Origin: a virus
Taxonomy: Duplodnaviria > Heunggongvirae > Uroviricota > Caudoviricetes
Length of the DNA stretch: 64,000 nt
Direction: 5' to 3' (one strand)
Virus record (IMG/VR): IMGVR_UViG_2939127364_000001
Below the pieces are notes generated by a model. That model was not told the DNA's origin. It ran no database searches and worked only from the letters and a program-made list of their open reading frames with translations. Below, piece after piece: positions 19,801 through 28,242 of this stretch. The translations under genes were made by a program, and so were the position numbers. The number at the start of each line of letters is the position of its first letter. Position 1 is the first letter of the stretch.

Positions 19801-20324
19801 AAGTTGTCTTTCCCGCCCGCTGTAATCAGTGAGCTTATGATTTTTGCAAAATCGTTGCGTTGGAACACGCTACCGATGTCGGAAGTGAGCAGGATGATGT
19901 TGCCTTTGGCATATGTAGAAACCAACTGTTCGAGCGAGAGACGCGGTACAAAGTAGAACTGTTCTCGTGTGTTGGCCACCGTCATTAGTTCGCAGATGTC
20001 GCGATATCCTTGCTCATTTTTAATTAGAGCGGTAAACGAGTAGTTACGTCCCCGCTCTAATGATTCCATACATCTCATAGATTCTTTAGCAAGTTTAGCC
20101 CGGTGCTCGTATGTGGGATCATCAACGATATTTAGTTTCACACCACAAATAACCGCCATGTCGTCACCAGCGGCACGTTGTAGTGGAATAACACTCGCAA
20201 TATTCATGCTATCTGCTGAAATTACAGCGGTGTAGCCAGCTTCTCTGGCAATCTTCACCGCGTTTTCTGCTTTTAGAGCCGACTCCCCAAGTGAGAAGTC
20301 AGTTCGAACCATCAGTGCTTTCAT
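16818..20324 (-). CDS. dnaE: DNA polymerase III alpha-type (DnaE family) replicative polymerase
   Basis: 1168 aa; N-terminal PHP-like region; [48 protein letters not shown] matches the conserved DnaE palm motif. Confidence 0.85.
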   Translation of the reverse strand: [1168 protein letters not shown]

Positions 20325-20508
20325 GTGTTTTTACCTTTATGGTTTTTTTGATTTTGTCATTGGGGAAGCCTACGAACTTCCCATACATCGAAATCGCAAC
20401 TTCTTTTGCTGATTGGTGACAATCGGGCTTGTCTGGACATACCAGACAAGCCTTACCAGTTTCAGAAGCAGCGATAAGAGAGCCGAAACATCCTTTACGC
20501 ACGATCAA
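20299..20508 (-). CDS. Small Cys-rich hypothetical protein
   Basis: 69 aa ORF with CLVCPDKPDCH cluster, coupled between AAA ATPase and dnaE. Confidence 0.3.
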   Translation of the reverse strand: MIVRKGCFGSLIAASETGKACLVCPDKPDCHQSAKEVAISMYGKFVGFPNDKIKKTIKVKTHESTDGSN

Positions 20509-21740
20509 CCAAATATTTTTTGAACAACTTCACGAGCCGCTTGTGCAGAAACTGAAGGGAGTTTGTTAATGAAAGAACGCTCAATACCTGTCACAAAGTC
20601 GCCTCGCATCATTCCAATCTTGGCCGACAACAAAAGTTCACGAGGGCCAATTGGCTGACTGATAAGGTGTTCTTCGTATCCATCGCGAACGATACCGGCA
20701 AACTTAACCATCTTTTCTGCGTATTCATCCACGATACCGGCATTTATCAACATGTTGATCTCTGCCTCTTTGCTCATGTATTTCACATTCGAAACGATGC
20801 CAAAACGCGAAAAGTTCGCGGCGTTCTGGATGTTTGTACCCTGGTACAAGCCGGTTTCATCACCAGATCCGTTCGTGTTGCCAGTGCCAATGAAAGCAAA
20901 CCGTTCATGCGGAGTAATGCGACGCCATTCTGGAGTCGCCTCTTTGATGACCAACGCTTCACCTTCCAGCACTGGCTGATACACGCCAAGAATCTGTGGA
21001 AACGCAAAGTCGTATTCATCCGCGAGGTAAACCCAGCCATGCTTCATTGCGAGCGCAAGCAAGCCAGGCTCGAAATACGTAGAGCCATCACGCGCCAGAA
21101 TTTGCCCCGTAACATGTGCCTCTTCCATTGATGCTGTATGTTGGGCACGGATCAACGGACGATTGAGCAAAGCACATAGTTGTGTAGGCAATGACGATTT
21201 GCCTGTTCCTGCATGACCCCACAAATAGCCAGGTATGCCAAGTTCAAGCATCATGAAAATGTCTTTGATCAGTTCGAAGTCGCCATATACGTAGCCCTTC
21301 TTCACTTCTGGAACGAACTCTGGAAACGGCGTATTGACGTTGACGCTAACCATGAGCGGCGTCCCACGTTTTGTTCCGAGTTCTTTCACCGTTACATTTA
21401 GCAGTTCGTGAGCTGCGACCAGATCTGTCTTGTACTCAACTGTGCCTGTGTAGCCTGGGCTACTGGTCACGCCAGATGATTTGGCCATTTCGCTTTTTTG
21501 CTCGGCACGTTTAGCTTGAATTGCATCAAGTGCCTTTTTCGATAGCGTTGGCTCATCTGGAAACTGTGTTGTGTACATTTTCAGTACGGTGTCAGGATCG
21601 GCATCTTTTACTGACTCAGGAATGCCCTCGCAATTACCATTGGCTACATGGGACTTAAAATAGTGAAATGATTTTCCGCACCACTTGCAAACAAGGTAAT
21701 CAGAAGGATTTTTTTCATTTTGCAGTGCAGTAGTAGTCAT
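20505..21740 (-). CDS. AAA+ ATPase (MoxR/CobS-like)
   Basis: 411 aa; Walker A LWGHAGTGKSSL; N-terminal CxxC...C cluster. Confidence 0.65.
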   Translation of the reverse strand: MTTTALQNEKNPSDYLVCKWCGKSFHYFKSHVANGNCEGIPESVKDADPDTVLKMYTTQFPDEPTLSKKALDAIQAKRAEQKSEMAKSSGVTSSPGYTGTVEYKTDLVAAHELLNVTVKELGTKRGTPLMVSVNVNTPFPEFVPEVKKGYVYGDFELIKDIFMMLELGIPGYLWGHAGTGKSSLPTQLCALLNRPLIRAQHTASMEEAHVTGQILARDGSTYFEPGLLALAMKHGWVYLADEYDFAFPQILGVYQPVLEGEALVIKEATPEWRRITPHERFAFIGTGNTNGSGDETGLYQGTNIQNAANFSRFGIVSNVKYMSKEAEINMLINAGIVDEYAEKMVKFAGIVRDGYEEHLISQPIGPRELLLSAKIGMMRGDFVTGIERSFINKLPSVSAQAAREVVQKIFG

Positions 21741-21835
21741 GCGTTTTTCCTTTGTTTTCTAATGAGCGTTCAACTTCTTATATAAATATATCATTATCTA
21801 TCGTAAGTGGTTACTTATCATTAAGGCTGTTTTGT

Positions 21836-23944
21836 TCACTTTAAAATGATACGAGATAGTTCAGTAACTACAGATGAACCAAGACTATCAACGCTCGTTA
21901 CCAGGGCATGATTTGAGTAAAATCTCTCCGGTGCGTCAGTCATGATGCCAATTGCCATCAAATCAATGTCAGTCTGCGTTTCAATTTGCTTCGCAACCGA
22001 ACGCAAATGAGCGTCAAAACCTCTCCCAACAGCCCACGGCTCGCCATCGCTCAGAACAAGCATGATCTTCCTGTCCTCCATGCGACCGGAAAATAACGAT
22101 GCAAGGCTGGCTATGCTTTCACCATCCACGTTATTAAGAAGTGGGAATGTGTAGCCTACGCACCCCATACGTGAGCGAACTTCGCGAGAATTTACCTTTT
22201 CATTCCAATTTTTGATGATAGGTAGCATTAAAGATTCAAAGCGAGAGAACTCATACTTGACAGCCTTAAGTTCTCCTGCCGCCATATGACTACCAAATGT
22301 AGTGAAGCCGGTGATAATGTTGGGAACATTTATTCGATCAAGGGCATCGGCGATGGTATATGCACTTGCAAGAGCCAATTGTATCGTTATACCCCTCATT
22401 GAACCTGATAAATCAATCACTTGTTGAACACAGGCGTTAACGGCTTTAGATTCTTCTTTTTTACGAAACACGCGATCATCATTCATTGCTAATCTGTAGA
22501 TACTAGAACCATGAATGCGCCCCCGACGCTGGCCCGGTATAAACTGAACTCTGTTTCTGCTTGCTATTGCTCGCTCCAGGTCTTTTGCCAGCGTCGACGA
22601 AACACCTGACGAAAGATGCTTTTCAATATATTTGTCGAAGAGCTGGTTGCCTTCAGAAACGATGCGATAGCGGCTGATTGGACATCCTCCTAAATCAATA
22701 TCGGAGAATGTTTTAATAAGCCGTTTGATATGGGCTTCTGCCTGATCAATCGAGCCGATGAAGTCGTATGAGCGATTGTATGGCCTGTATTCGCTTTTCG
22801 AGCTTTCTGTTAACTCGCTTTTAATCGTTTCGGATAGAGCATCTTCTGTCATGCCTCCGACTTCATCTTCTATGCTATCCAGCTCCTCTAAAGCCTCTTC
22901 CAGACTCATTTTTGACGGAGTTGGAATATCTGAAGAGCCGTCTTCTGTCGTTTTTCTTTTTTCGTGGTCAGCGGTTAATGATTCTGACGCCGCGTTATCA
23001 GAAGCATCAGAATCTGATACCTCTTTATCATTTTCTGTATCATCGAATATTGTTTCTGATGATTCAGAATTATCTGAATCATCGCTGTCGTTATTATCAT
23101 GTTTGTGCTTACTGTGTGATTCTGATTTGATAGATTTGTGATTATCTAACGCTGAGGGTGTCTCATGATCTTCGTTGTCTTCATTGTTTTCTCCAGAGGC
23201 ATCCGTCTGGTCAGCGTCTGAAGGATCGGAAGTTTTTCCCGGAGCTGACTCCTTACCTTTGCTTTCACTTTCAGTGTCTTTGAGGATCTTAGCTATGGTC
23301 GCAGCCACCTTTACACAATCCTCGGTGCAAGACATGTTACGCACGGCCACATCGATACCATGTTCTTTTAATAATGAAATTGGTTTCTCAATGACAGGCC
23401 AATATTCATCCATGAAATCTACGAACGGTGCTTGGCCATCCCAGGCTCTTACAACCGGACAGAGAAAGAAGTTTAGAAAAAGCGCGCGCTGATCTTTGCC
23501 ACAATAAGCAATAGCCTCTGAAGCCTTTGGTTTAAAGACTTTTTCGATTATAAGGCGCTGAGTTGCCATCAGATTACGTCTTGTTCCGTTAAAGATCTGA
23601 CCCATTTTTCGCTCGATGAACACGTCTTCTAAGGCATTCCATAGCGACCAGGAAGGAACGCGTCCTTTTTCTCTCATTTTGTTGGACACACGAATATCGG
23701 TAAACAAAATGTGAGCAACCTCATGATCGAGAAATCCGCGCACAGCATTCATCAATGCCGGTGTTGCGTTATCCGGGATTGATGGGATGTTTACGAGAAT
23801 TGGCTCTCCATCATCGTTATAGCGTACATAAGCGTCGTCCCCTCGTTCTGCAACAGGGATGTTTTTACCTGAAAGGAGAGCGACTACTCGTTTTACACTG
23901 TCACGGAAGTCCTGAACCTCTTTGATGGAACGTTTTTTAGACAT
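21836..23944 (-). CDS. von Willebrand factor A domain protein (CobT-like) with long acidic linker
   Basis: 702 aa; C-terminal MIDAS motif VIDLSGSM; central D/E/S-rich low-complexity region. Confidence 0.6.
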   Translation of the reverse strand: MSKKRSIKEVQDFRDSVKRVVALLSGKNIPVAERGDDAYVRYNDDGEPILVNIPSIPDNATPALMNAVRGFLDHEVAHILFTDIRVSNKMREKGRVPSWSLWNALEDVFIERKMGQIFNGTRRNLMATQRLIIEKVFKPKASEAIAYCGKDQRALFLNFFLCPVVRAWDGQAPFVDFMDEYWPVIEKPISLLKEHGIDVAVRNMSCTEDCVKVAATIAKILKDTESESKGKESAPGKTSDPSDADQTDASGENNEDNEDHETPSALDNHKSIKSESHSKHKHDNNDSDDSDNSESSETIFDDTENDKEVSDSDASDNAASESLTADHEKRKTTEDGSSDIPTPSKMSLEEALEELDSIEDEVGGMTEDALSETIKSELTESSKSEYRPYNRSYDFIGSIDQAEAHIKRLIKTFSDIDLGGCPISRYRIVSEGNQLFDKYIEKHLSSGVSSTLAKDLERAIASRNRVQFIPGQRRGRIHGSSIYRLAMNDDRVFRKKEESKAVNACVQQVIDLSGSMRGITIQLALASAYTIADALDRINVPNIITGFTTFGSHMAAGELKAVKYEFSRFESLMLPIIKNWNEKVNSREVRSRMGCVGYTFPLLNNVDGESIASLASLFSGRMEDRKIMLVLSDGEPWAVGRGFDAHLRSVAKQIETQTDIDLMAIGIMTDAPERFYSNHALVTSVDSLGSSVVTELSRIILK

Positions 23945-24042
23945 GGCTAATCCTTTGTTATGAAAACAAATTATTTACTAGTGTGTTTAATGTAGCACTG
24001 CGCGAACAGGGAACTAAGCCATTCGCGCAGGGAGAAGAGGGG

Positions 24043-24255
24043 TTAACAGATTCTGACGGCTAAAGACCCGGAGCCGGTATTGAGAAGCGTGAAGCGTTTG
24101 TTGTTAAGTTCGAATATAAATCCAGTTGTGTCATTCACACCAACCTGAATCTGCTCATTCGGTAGATCGGTGAGGATGTCAGCTACACACTCATCAGCTA
24201 ATTTCTGTACGTGTCCGATCTCAAGAGCGATTAGGCTGGAAATAGTGGTGTTCAT
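24043..24255 (-). CDS. Hypothetical protein
   Basis: 70 aa ORF divergent from HTH regulator gene. Confidence 0.3.
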   Translation of the reverse strand: MNTTISSLIALEIGHVQKLADECVADILTDLPNEQIQVGVNDTTGFIFELNNKRFTLLNTGSGSLAVRIC

Positions 24256-24432
24256 TCAATCAATCCATTCTAACTTATACTATGGTAAGGAATACTACTA
24301 AAATTTGTATCAATACTGAATACATTCATATTATATGCAAGTTGATTTTCTTACCTGTTTTGGGTTAATTTTTCTCCGTGCAATGGCCTTTAACCGGTCT
24401 TTTAAGTGCCTATCGAAAAAAATGATAATAGC

Positions 24433-24475
24433 TTTACAACCCTAACCTTTGATGTAATATCGGTAAGCACTTACC
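24433..24475 (+). promoter_or_regulatory. Promoter (TTTACA-16-TAATAT) with downstream 14-bp palindromic operator GGTAAGCACTTACC
   Basis: -35 at 24433-24438, -10 at 24455-24460, palindrome at 24462-24475, ATG at 24507. Confidence 0.5.
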
Positions 24476-24506
24476 AGAGAGAATTGAACGCGCAAAGGTT
24501 GTAACC

Positions 24507-24893
24507 ATGTCTGATAACAAGATTGAATTTATAGAAAGTCGCTACGCTGCTTTTATCGCAGGGTTGATTGAATCCTCACCTATGAGCCAGGCCCAGATAG
24601 CCAAAACAATTGGGTATAAAAACGCCAACAACCTTTCTTTAATTAAAAGCGGCAAAATTCCTTTGCCTATCGATAAGGTTCGTCCGCTGGCGCTGGCACT
24701 GGGTATTGAGCCAAGTCGTCTTATGATGATGGTGCTGGAAGAACGCCAACCCGAACTCGCAGCATTTTTATACAAAGAAGGCACTGCTCCTCTTAACGAG
24801 GACGAAAAACAGGTTCTTGCTGCATATAACGAGCGATTCGGTAAAGAGAAAGGCGCATCACAAAAGGTTGTTGAGGCCATAAAGTCTCTATGA
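24507..24893 (+). CDS. HTH (XRE/Cro-CI-like) transcriptional regulator
   Basis: 128 aa; helix-turn-helix segment SQAQIAKTIGYKNANNLSLIKSG. Confidence 0.6.
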   Translation: MSDNKIEFIESRYAAFIAGLIESSPMSQAQIAKTIGYKNANNLSLIKSGKIPLPIDKVRPLALALGIEPSRLMMMVLEERQPELAAFLYKEGTAPLNEDEKQVLAAYNERFGKEKGASQKVVEAIKSL

Positions 24894-25991
24894 AAAATTT
24901 ACACGAATAAGCTCTGTTGATAGACGATCTCCCTTGAATTTGTGGTCAATTTCGTCTAAATCCGGTTGCTCTACGATTGATGCGATGTACGTCGAGAAAC
25001 TTTCTAAGGCGTCTCGCATCTCGTCCATATAATCGTGCCGGTCGTAGACCCGATCTATCCCCTCAAGACTGTGGTTCATGATTTTGCGTGATACCTCCTG
25101 GCTTATGCCTAATGCTGGGAAGTAACTACGCGCAGTACGGCGCAAATCTCGGGGTGTAAATGGCTCAAGCTCCATCAGTTCTGGTCGTTCCAGAATACGA
25201 CGTAATGCCTGGGCTATTGCCACTTTAGACATAGGAAGGTCTTTCCCGATTTTTTTATTCGAAGGCACGAGCCACTGGCTGTCTTTACCATATTCGAACA
25301 ACTCTTCAATACAAGTGCGCATTAATGAGCTTAAAGGCAGAGAATGCTCACGGGCAGATTTGTTCCTCTTGCCTTGATTCCAAACCCCACGCTTAAGATT
25401 GAACTCACTTTTTTTAGCCCGCAGTACTTCGTCAGGTCGTCTTGCGGATACAAGACATAGCCTGGCCGCCCATTTTGTACCAGCACACACATTGAAGTAG
25501 TCCCATATATTCCAGAACACCCATACCTCTGCGTCGGTCAGCTTCCGCTCGCGAGGTGTGGGCTTTGCGCCACCGGCAACTTTGTTAAGTGACATATCGT
25601 TTAACGGTGACACGTCTATCATCCCCTGGAAGGCGCACCAGCTAAGGAACTGCTTCATCAGAGAGAAAACGCGGCGGCCCATAACAATTTTGCCATCCAG
25701 TATTAGTGGGTTGACCAGTTGGTTCACCATGAACCTATTAATGTCACTTACTTTTACATCGGCAATGTGCGGCAAAACATGTATCAAAATACAATGAACA
25801 GCGATCTCTGGCCGACGTCTGGTTATCAGCAGAGATAAGCGAGTGAATAACATGAATGCGTCCGAGAATCTCATGTCATTGCTGACCTGGGAGATCATAA
25901 CGGCCTGCATTTGAGATGCTCTTTCGAGATACTCTATCGCCTCTTTTGAGGTGTTCTCCGCAGCGCGTGCTCTGTCAAAGCTATTTTTCAT
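24888..25991 (-). CDS. Tyrosine recombinase (integrase/resolvase family)
   Basis: 367 aa; C-terminal catalytic-like region PRDLRRTARSYF...KIMNHS...RVYDRHDY. Confidence 0.6.
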   Translation of the reverse strand: MKNSFDRARAAENTSKEAIEYLERASQMQAVMISQVSNDMRFSDAFMLFTRLSLLITRRRPEIAVHCILIHVLPHIADVKVSDINRFMVNQLVNPLILDGKIVMGRRVFSLMKQFLSWCAFQGMIDVSPLNDMSLNKVAGGAKPTPRERKLTDAEVWVFWNIWDYFNVCAGTKWAARLCLVSARRPDEVLRAKKSEFNLKRGVWNQGKRNKSAREHSLPLSSLMRTCIEELFEYGKDSQWLVPSNKKIGKDLPMSKVAIAQALRRILERPELMELEPFTPRDLRRTARSYFPALGISQEVSRKIMNHSLEGIDRVYDRHDYMDEMRDALESFSTYIASIVEQPDLDEIDHKFKGDRLSTELIRVNFS

Positions 25992-26088
25992 ATGACAATC
26001 ACCGAGTTACGCCGATGCACTGTATAAGTAAACAGTATATTAGGCATAGATTCTTATAGGATCAAGAGTAAAAGTAACTCATTTTCAC

Positions 26089-26123
26089 TAATGATTCCAT
26101 ACATAGTAGGTATGGAATCATTA
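26089..26123. other. loxP-like site: perfect 14-bp inverted repeats around a 7-bp spacer (TAATGATTCCATAC-ATAGTAG-GTATGGAATCATTA)
   Basis: Perfect palindrome ~100 bp upstream of the tyrosine recombinase start; architecture matches tyrosine-recombinase core sites. Confidence 0.5.
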
Positions 26124-26201
26124 TGACGTTGTTTTTTGAATTTTAAGGGAAACGGGAGTGAGTTTGGTGGGAATAAAAACGGCTCCTGTGAGCCGTTAAA
26201 A

Positions 26202-26447
26202 TCAGAGGGTGCTGACGTATGCAGCCAGTTCTGTGTATCCGCCAATCGGTTGGCCATCGATCAGCACTTGGGGGATAGTCTCTACCGGTTTACCAACAAT
26301 TTCACTTAGTTTTTCCTTGTCGATACCGGCAGTGGTGATGTCGATGTACTCATAATCACCGTAGCCATGTCCCTTTAGTTGCTTCGCCAGCTCGACCGCA
26401 CGTTTGCAGTATGAGCAGTTATCTCGTCCGTAGATAGTGATCGTCAT
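26202..26447 (-). CDS. Glutaredoxin (GrxA/NrdH-like)
   Basis: 81 aa; CSYC active site; GKPVETIPQVLIDGQPIGGYTEL closely resembles E. coli glutaredoxin 1. Confidence 0.8.
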   Translation of the reverse strand: MTITIYGRDNCSYCKRAVELAKQLKGHGYGDYEYIDITTAGIDKEKLSEIVGKPVETIPQVLIDGQPIGGYTELAAYVSTL

Positions 26448-26794
26448 TGCTTTGCCTCATGCCACTTTTGCTTCAGGAGATAGCCTTCCAGGGGCCAGAT
26501 TTGATCGATAGCATCTTTTCGAGCGTACTCGCGACCAACATCAAAATTGAAGATTTCTGGTCTTACGCACGCAGATTTTCCCGTTACGGTATATCCATTT
26601 TTGAGAACCATAACGCAGAACGTTAAGAGTTTTAACGACTCATGACCTTTGTCGATATCTGTTTTTGAATTGTAAACAGAGATGAAGTTATCCCCGTGGC
26701 TGGCATCATATGCAGTGAAATAATGTTCACTTTGAATGAGTTGTTCAATGTGTTCAGGGGTGACTTTTAGTGGTGTGTTCTCTTTGCTGGTCAT
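26444..26794 (-). CDS. Hypothetical protein
   Basis: 116 aa ORF coupled to glutaredoxin gene. Confidence 0.4.
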   Translation of the reverse strand: MTSKENTPLKVTPEHIEQLIQSEHYFTAYDASHGDNFISVYNSKTDIDKGHESLKLLTFCVMVLKNGYTVTGKSACVRPEIFNFDVGREYARKDAIDQIWPLEGYLLKQKWHEAKQ

Positions 26795-26837
26795 TATTTC
26801 TTCCTACAAAGTTCGTAGACTTGACTCTTTCAGTTGC

Positions 26838-26866
26838 AAAAAAGGGGCCGAAGCCCCTTTGAATTT
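26838..26866. terminator. Bidirectional rho-independent terminator
   Basis: GGGGCCGAAGCCCC hairpin flanked by A-run upstream and T-run downstream. Confidence 0.7.
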
Positions 26867-26935
26867 TGCGCTGAAAAAAAGTGTTGCTAGGATGTTAGCA
26901 AGCTATGGTTAAGAACGTCTGCCGTAATTGTCTAT

Positions 26936-27013
26936 CACAGCGTTGAGCGGTCTGGTTTATGTTAGCGGAGTCTTAATCTGGGTGATTAAAAGGCCAAACC
27001 GCTCAACGCTGTG
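26936..27013. repeat. Hairpin element E0 (16-bp perfect arms CACAGCGTTGAGCGGT / ACCGCTCAACGCTGTG, 46-nt loop) abutting tRNA-Ser 3' end
   Basis: Arms at 26936-26951 and 26998-27013. Confidence 0.6.
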
Positions 27014-27015
27014 TC

Positions 27016-27102
27016 TGGCGGAGAGTAATGGAATCGAACCATCATCGTTTGCACAATGGGACGGATTTCAAGACCGCTTGAGCACCATGCTCCCTACTCT
27101 CC
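27016..27102 (-). tRNA. tRNA-Ser (anticodon UGA), type II with long variable arm
   Basis: Minus strand GGAGAGTAGGGAGCATGGTGCTCAAGCGGTCTTGAAATCCGT...GGTTCGATTCCATTACTCTCCGCCA; anticodon loop CTTGAAA; one mismatch in anticodon stem. Confidence 0.6.
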
Positions 27103-27202
27103 AGCTATTGTGATGGTCGGTGCTGAACTCCGACACAGGGTTGTAGCAAGCCCCGCAAAGCGCGCACTACTGTAGTTGCGGCACATCAGCCTGTGCATTC
27201 AT

Positions 27203-27281
27203 CACAACGGTAAGATCACTACCTTTCGACCAGTCATTGTGCACATGAACGACGATTAACCGTAATGATCTTATCGTTGTG
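27203..27281. repeat. Hairpin element E1 (15-bp arms CACAACGGTAAGATC / GATCTTATCGTTGTG, one mismatch)
   Basis: Arms at 27203-27217 and 27267-27281. Confidence 0.55.
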
Positions 27282-27332
27282 TTGTGAAGCCAGATGCTTA
27301 TCTTCTGGTTGCTTCAAAGAGCTGCACTTCCT

Positions 27333-27421
27333 CACAACGGTAAGAGCACTGGTCTGACTCTATCGATTTACGGGCTTGTGGGTCAGTATCGCCGATTCGC
27401 CCAATGCTCTTACCTGTTGTG
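27333..27421. repeat. Hairpin element E2 (arms CACAACGGTAAGAGC / GCTCTTACCTGTTGTG) abutting tRNA-Thr 3' end
   Basis: Arms at 27333-27347 and 27406-27421; paralogous to E1. Confidence 0.55.
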
Positions 27422-27422
27422 T

Positions 27423-27498
27423 TGGTGCCGGTTAACGGGATCGAACCGCTGACATCCTGCTTACAAGGCAGGCGCTCTACCAACTGAGCTAAACCGGC
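27423..27498 (-). tRNA. tRNA-Thr (anticodon UGU)
   Basis: Minus strand GCCGGTTTAGCTCAGTTGGTAGAGCGCCTGCCTTGTAAGCAGGATGTCAGCGGTTCGATCCCGTTAACCGGCACCA; canonical cloverleaf, encoded CCA. Confidence 0.8.
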
Positions 27499-27502
27499 AA
27501 TT

Positions 27503-27589
27503 TGGTGGGGAGTGATGGAGTCGAACCACCCGAGTCGCAATGACAGTAGATTTACAGTCTACCCCGCTGCCCCTACGGACTAACTCCCC
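27503..27589 (-). tRNA. tRNA-Tyr (anticodon GUA), type II
   Basis: Minus strand GGGGAGTTAGTCC...GGGTAGACTGTAAATCTACTG...GGTTCGACTCCATCACTCCCCACCA; anticodon loop CTGTAAA. Confidence 0.65.
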
Positions 27590-27594
27590 TAAAT

Positions 27595-27669
27595 TGGCGA
27601 TGGTGGGTGGATTCGAACCACCGACCAGTTGGTTAACAGCCAACTGCTCTACCGCTGAGCTACACCATC
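27595..27669 (-). tRNA. tRNA-Asn (anticodon GUU)
   Basis: Minus strand GATGGTGTAGCTCAGCGGTAGAGCAGTTGGCTGTTAACCAACTGGTCGGTGGTTCGAATCCACCCACCATCGCCA. Confidence 0.75.
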
Positions 27670-27935
27670 AATTCAGCACTGCCAGTATTTATTACTCAAC
27701 AGTGCCAATCGCGACGGTTTAGTTTCTGCCAGGAAACGCACCGCTACTTGCACTTTTCGTTAGTGCCAGACGCTTTCGACTTCGCTCAATAGTAGAAGGC
27801 AAAATCTTTAAGTAGATGATGTTTCTGAGGACAGCACCTACTTTGTAATTTATACAATGTGATGTATGGAATCATTTGTTGTGAAAACAGGCACCAATGG
27901 CAACAGTGGTTAAACCTACACAACAATCCTGTCTT

Positions 27936-28057
27936 CACAACGTTGAGGCCACTACTCCGATTGAATGTTTGCCCAACATGTTACATATCAACGCTCGCCG
28001 GTATCTCTGTGAATAGAACCTTAGAATTGATAAAAATGTAATGGCCTCAACGTTGTG
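27936..28057. repeat. Hairpin element E3 (16-bp perfect arms CACAACGTTGAGGCCA / TGGCCTCAACGTTGTG, ~90-nt loop)
   Basis: Arms at 27936-27951 and 28042-28057. Confidence 0.55.
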
Positions 28058-28218
28058 TGCTGGCTAACCATACCAGCCGGGCTACGTCGCCGCTTTTTAA
28101 CCCAGTATAAACGACATAATTGAACAAAATGACGTAACAGGACGGGCGGTCAGTGGCTAAGAATCCGGGAGTCATATGGAGTTGAAAATATACCAACCGC
28201 CCATTCTGTTACTTCATC

Positions 28219-28242
28219 GGAGGGAACATGAATGTTCCCTCC
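28219..28242. promoter_or_regulatory. Perfect 24-bp palindrome GGAGGGAACATGAATGTTCCCTCC in gene-poor AT-rich region
   Basis: 11-bp arms with 2-bp centre; no convincing ORF in 27670-28447. Confidence 0.4.

Noticed and set aside
16818-20324. Possible intein in DnaE
   Set aside because: Length (1168 aa) matches an uninterrupted DnaE and no intein blocks were seen.
27203-27421. Hairpin elements E1/E2 as disrupted tRNA genes or retron msr/msd
   Set aside because: No T-loop or anticodon-arm features on either strand and no reverse transcriptase gene nearby; kept as an unexplained repeat family.
26928-27722. Plus- and minus-strand ORFs of 60-80 aa across the tRNA cluster
   Set aside because: They overlap tRNA genes and hairpin elements; no coding signal.
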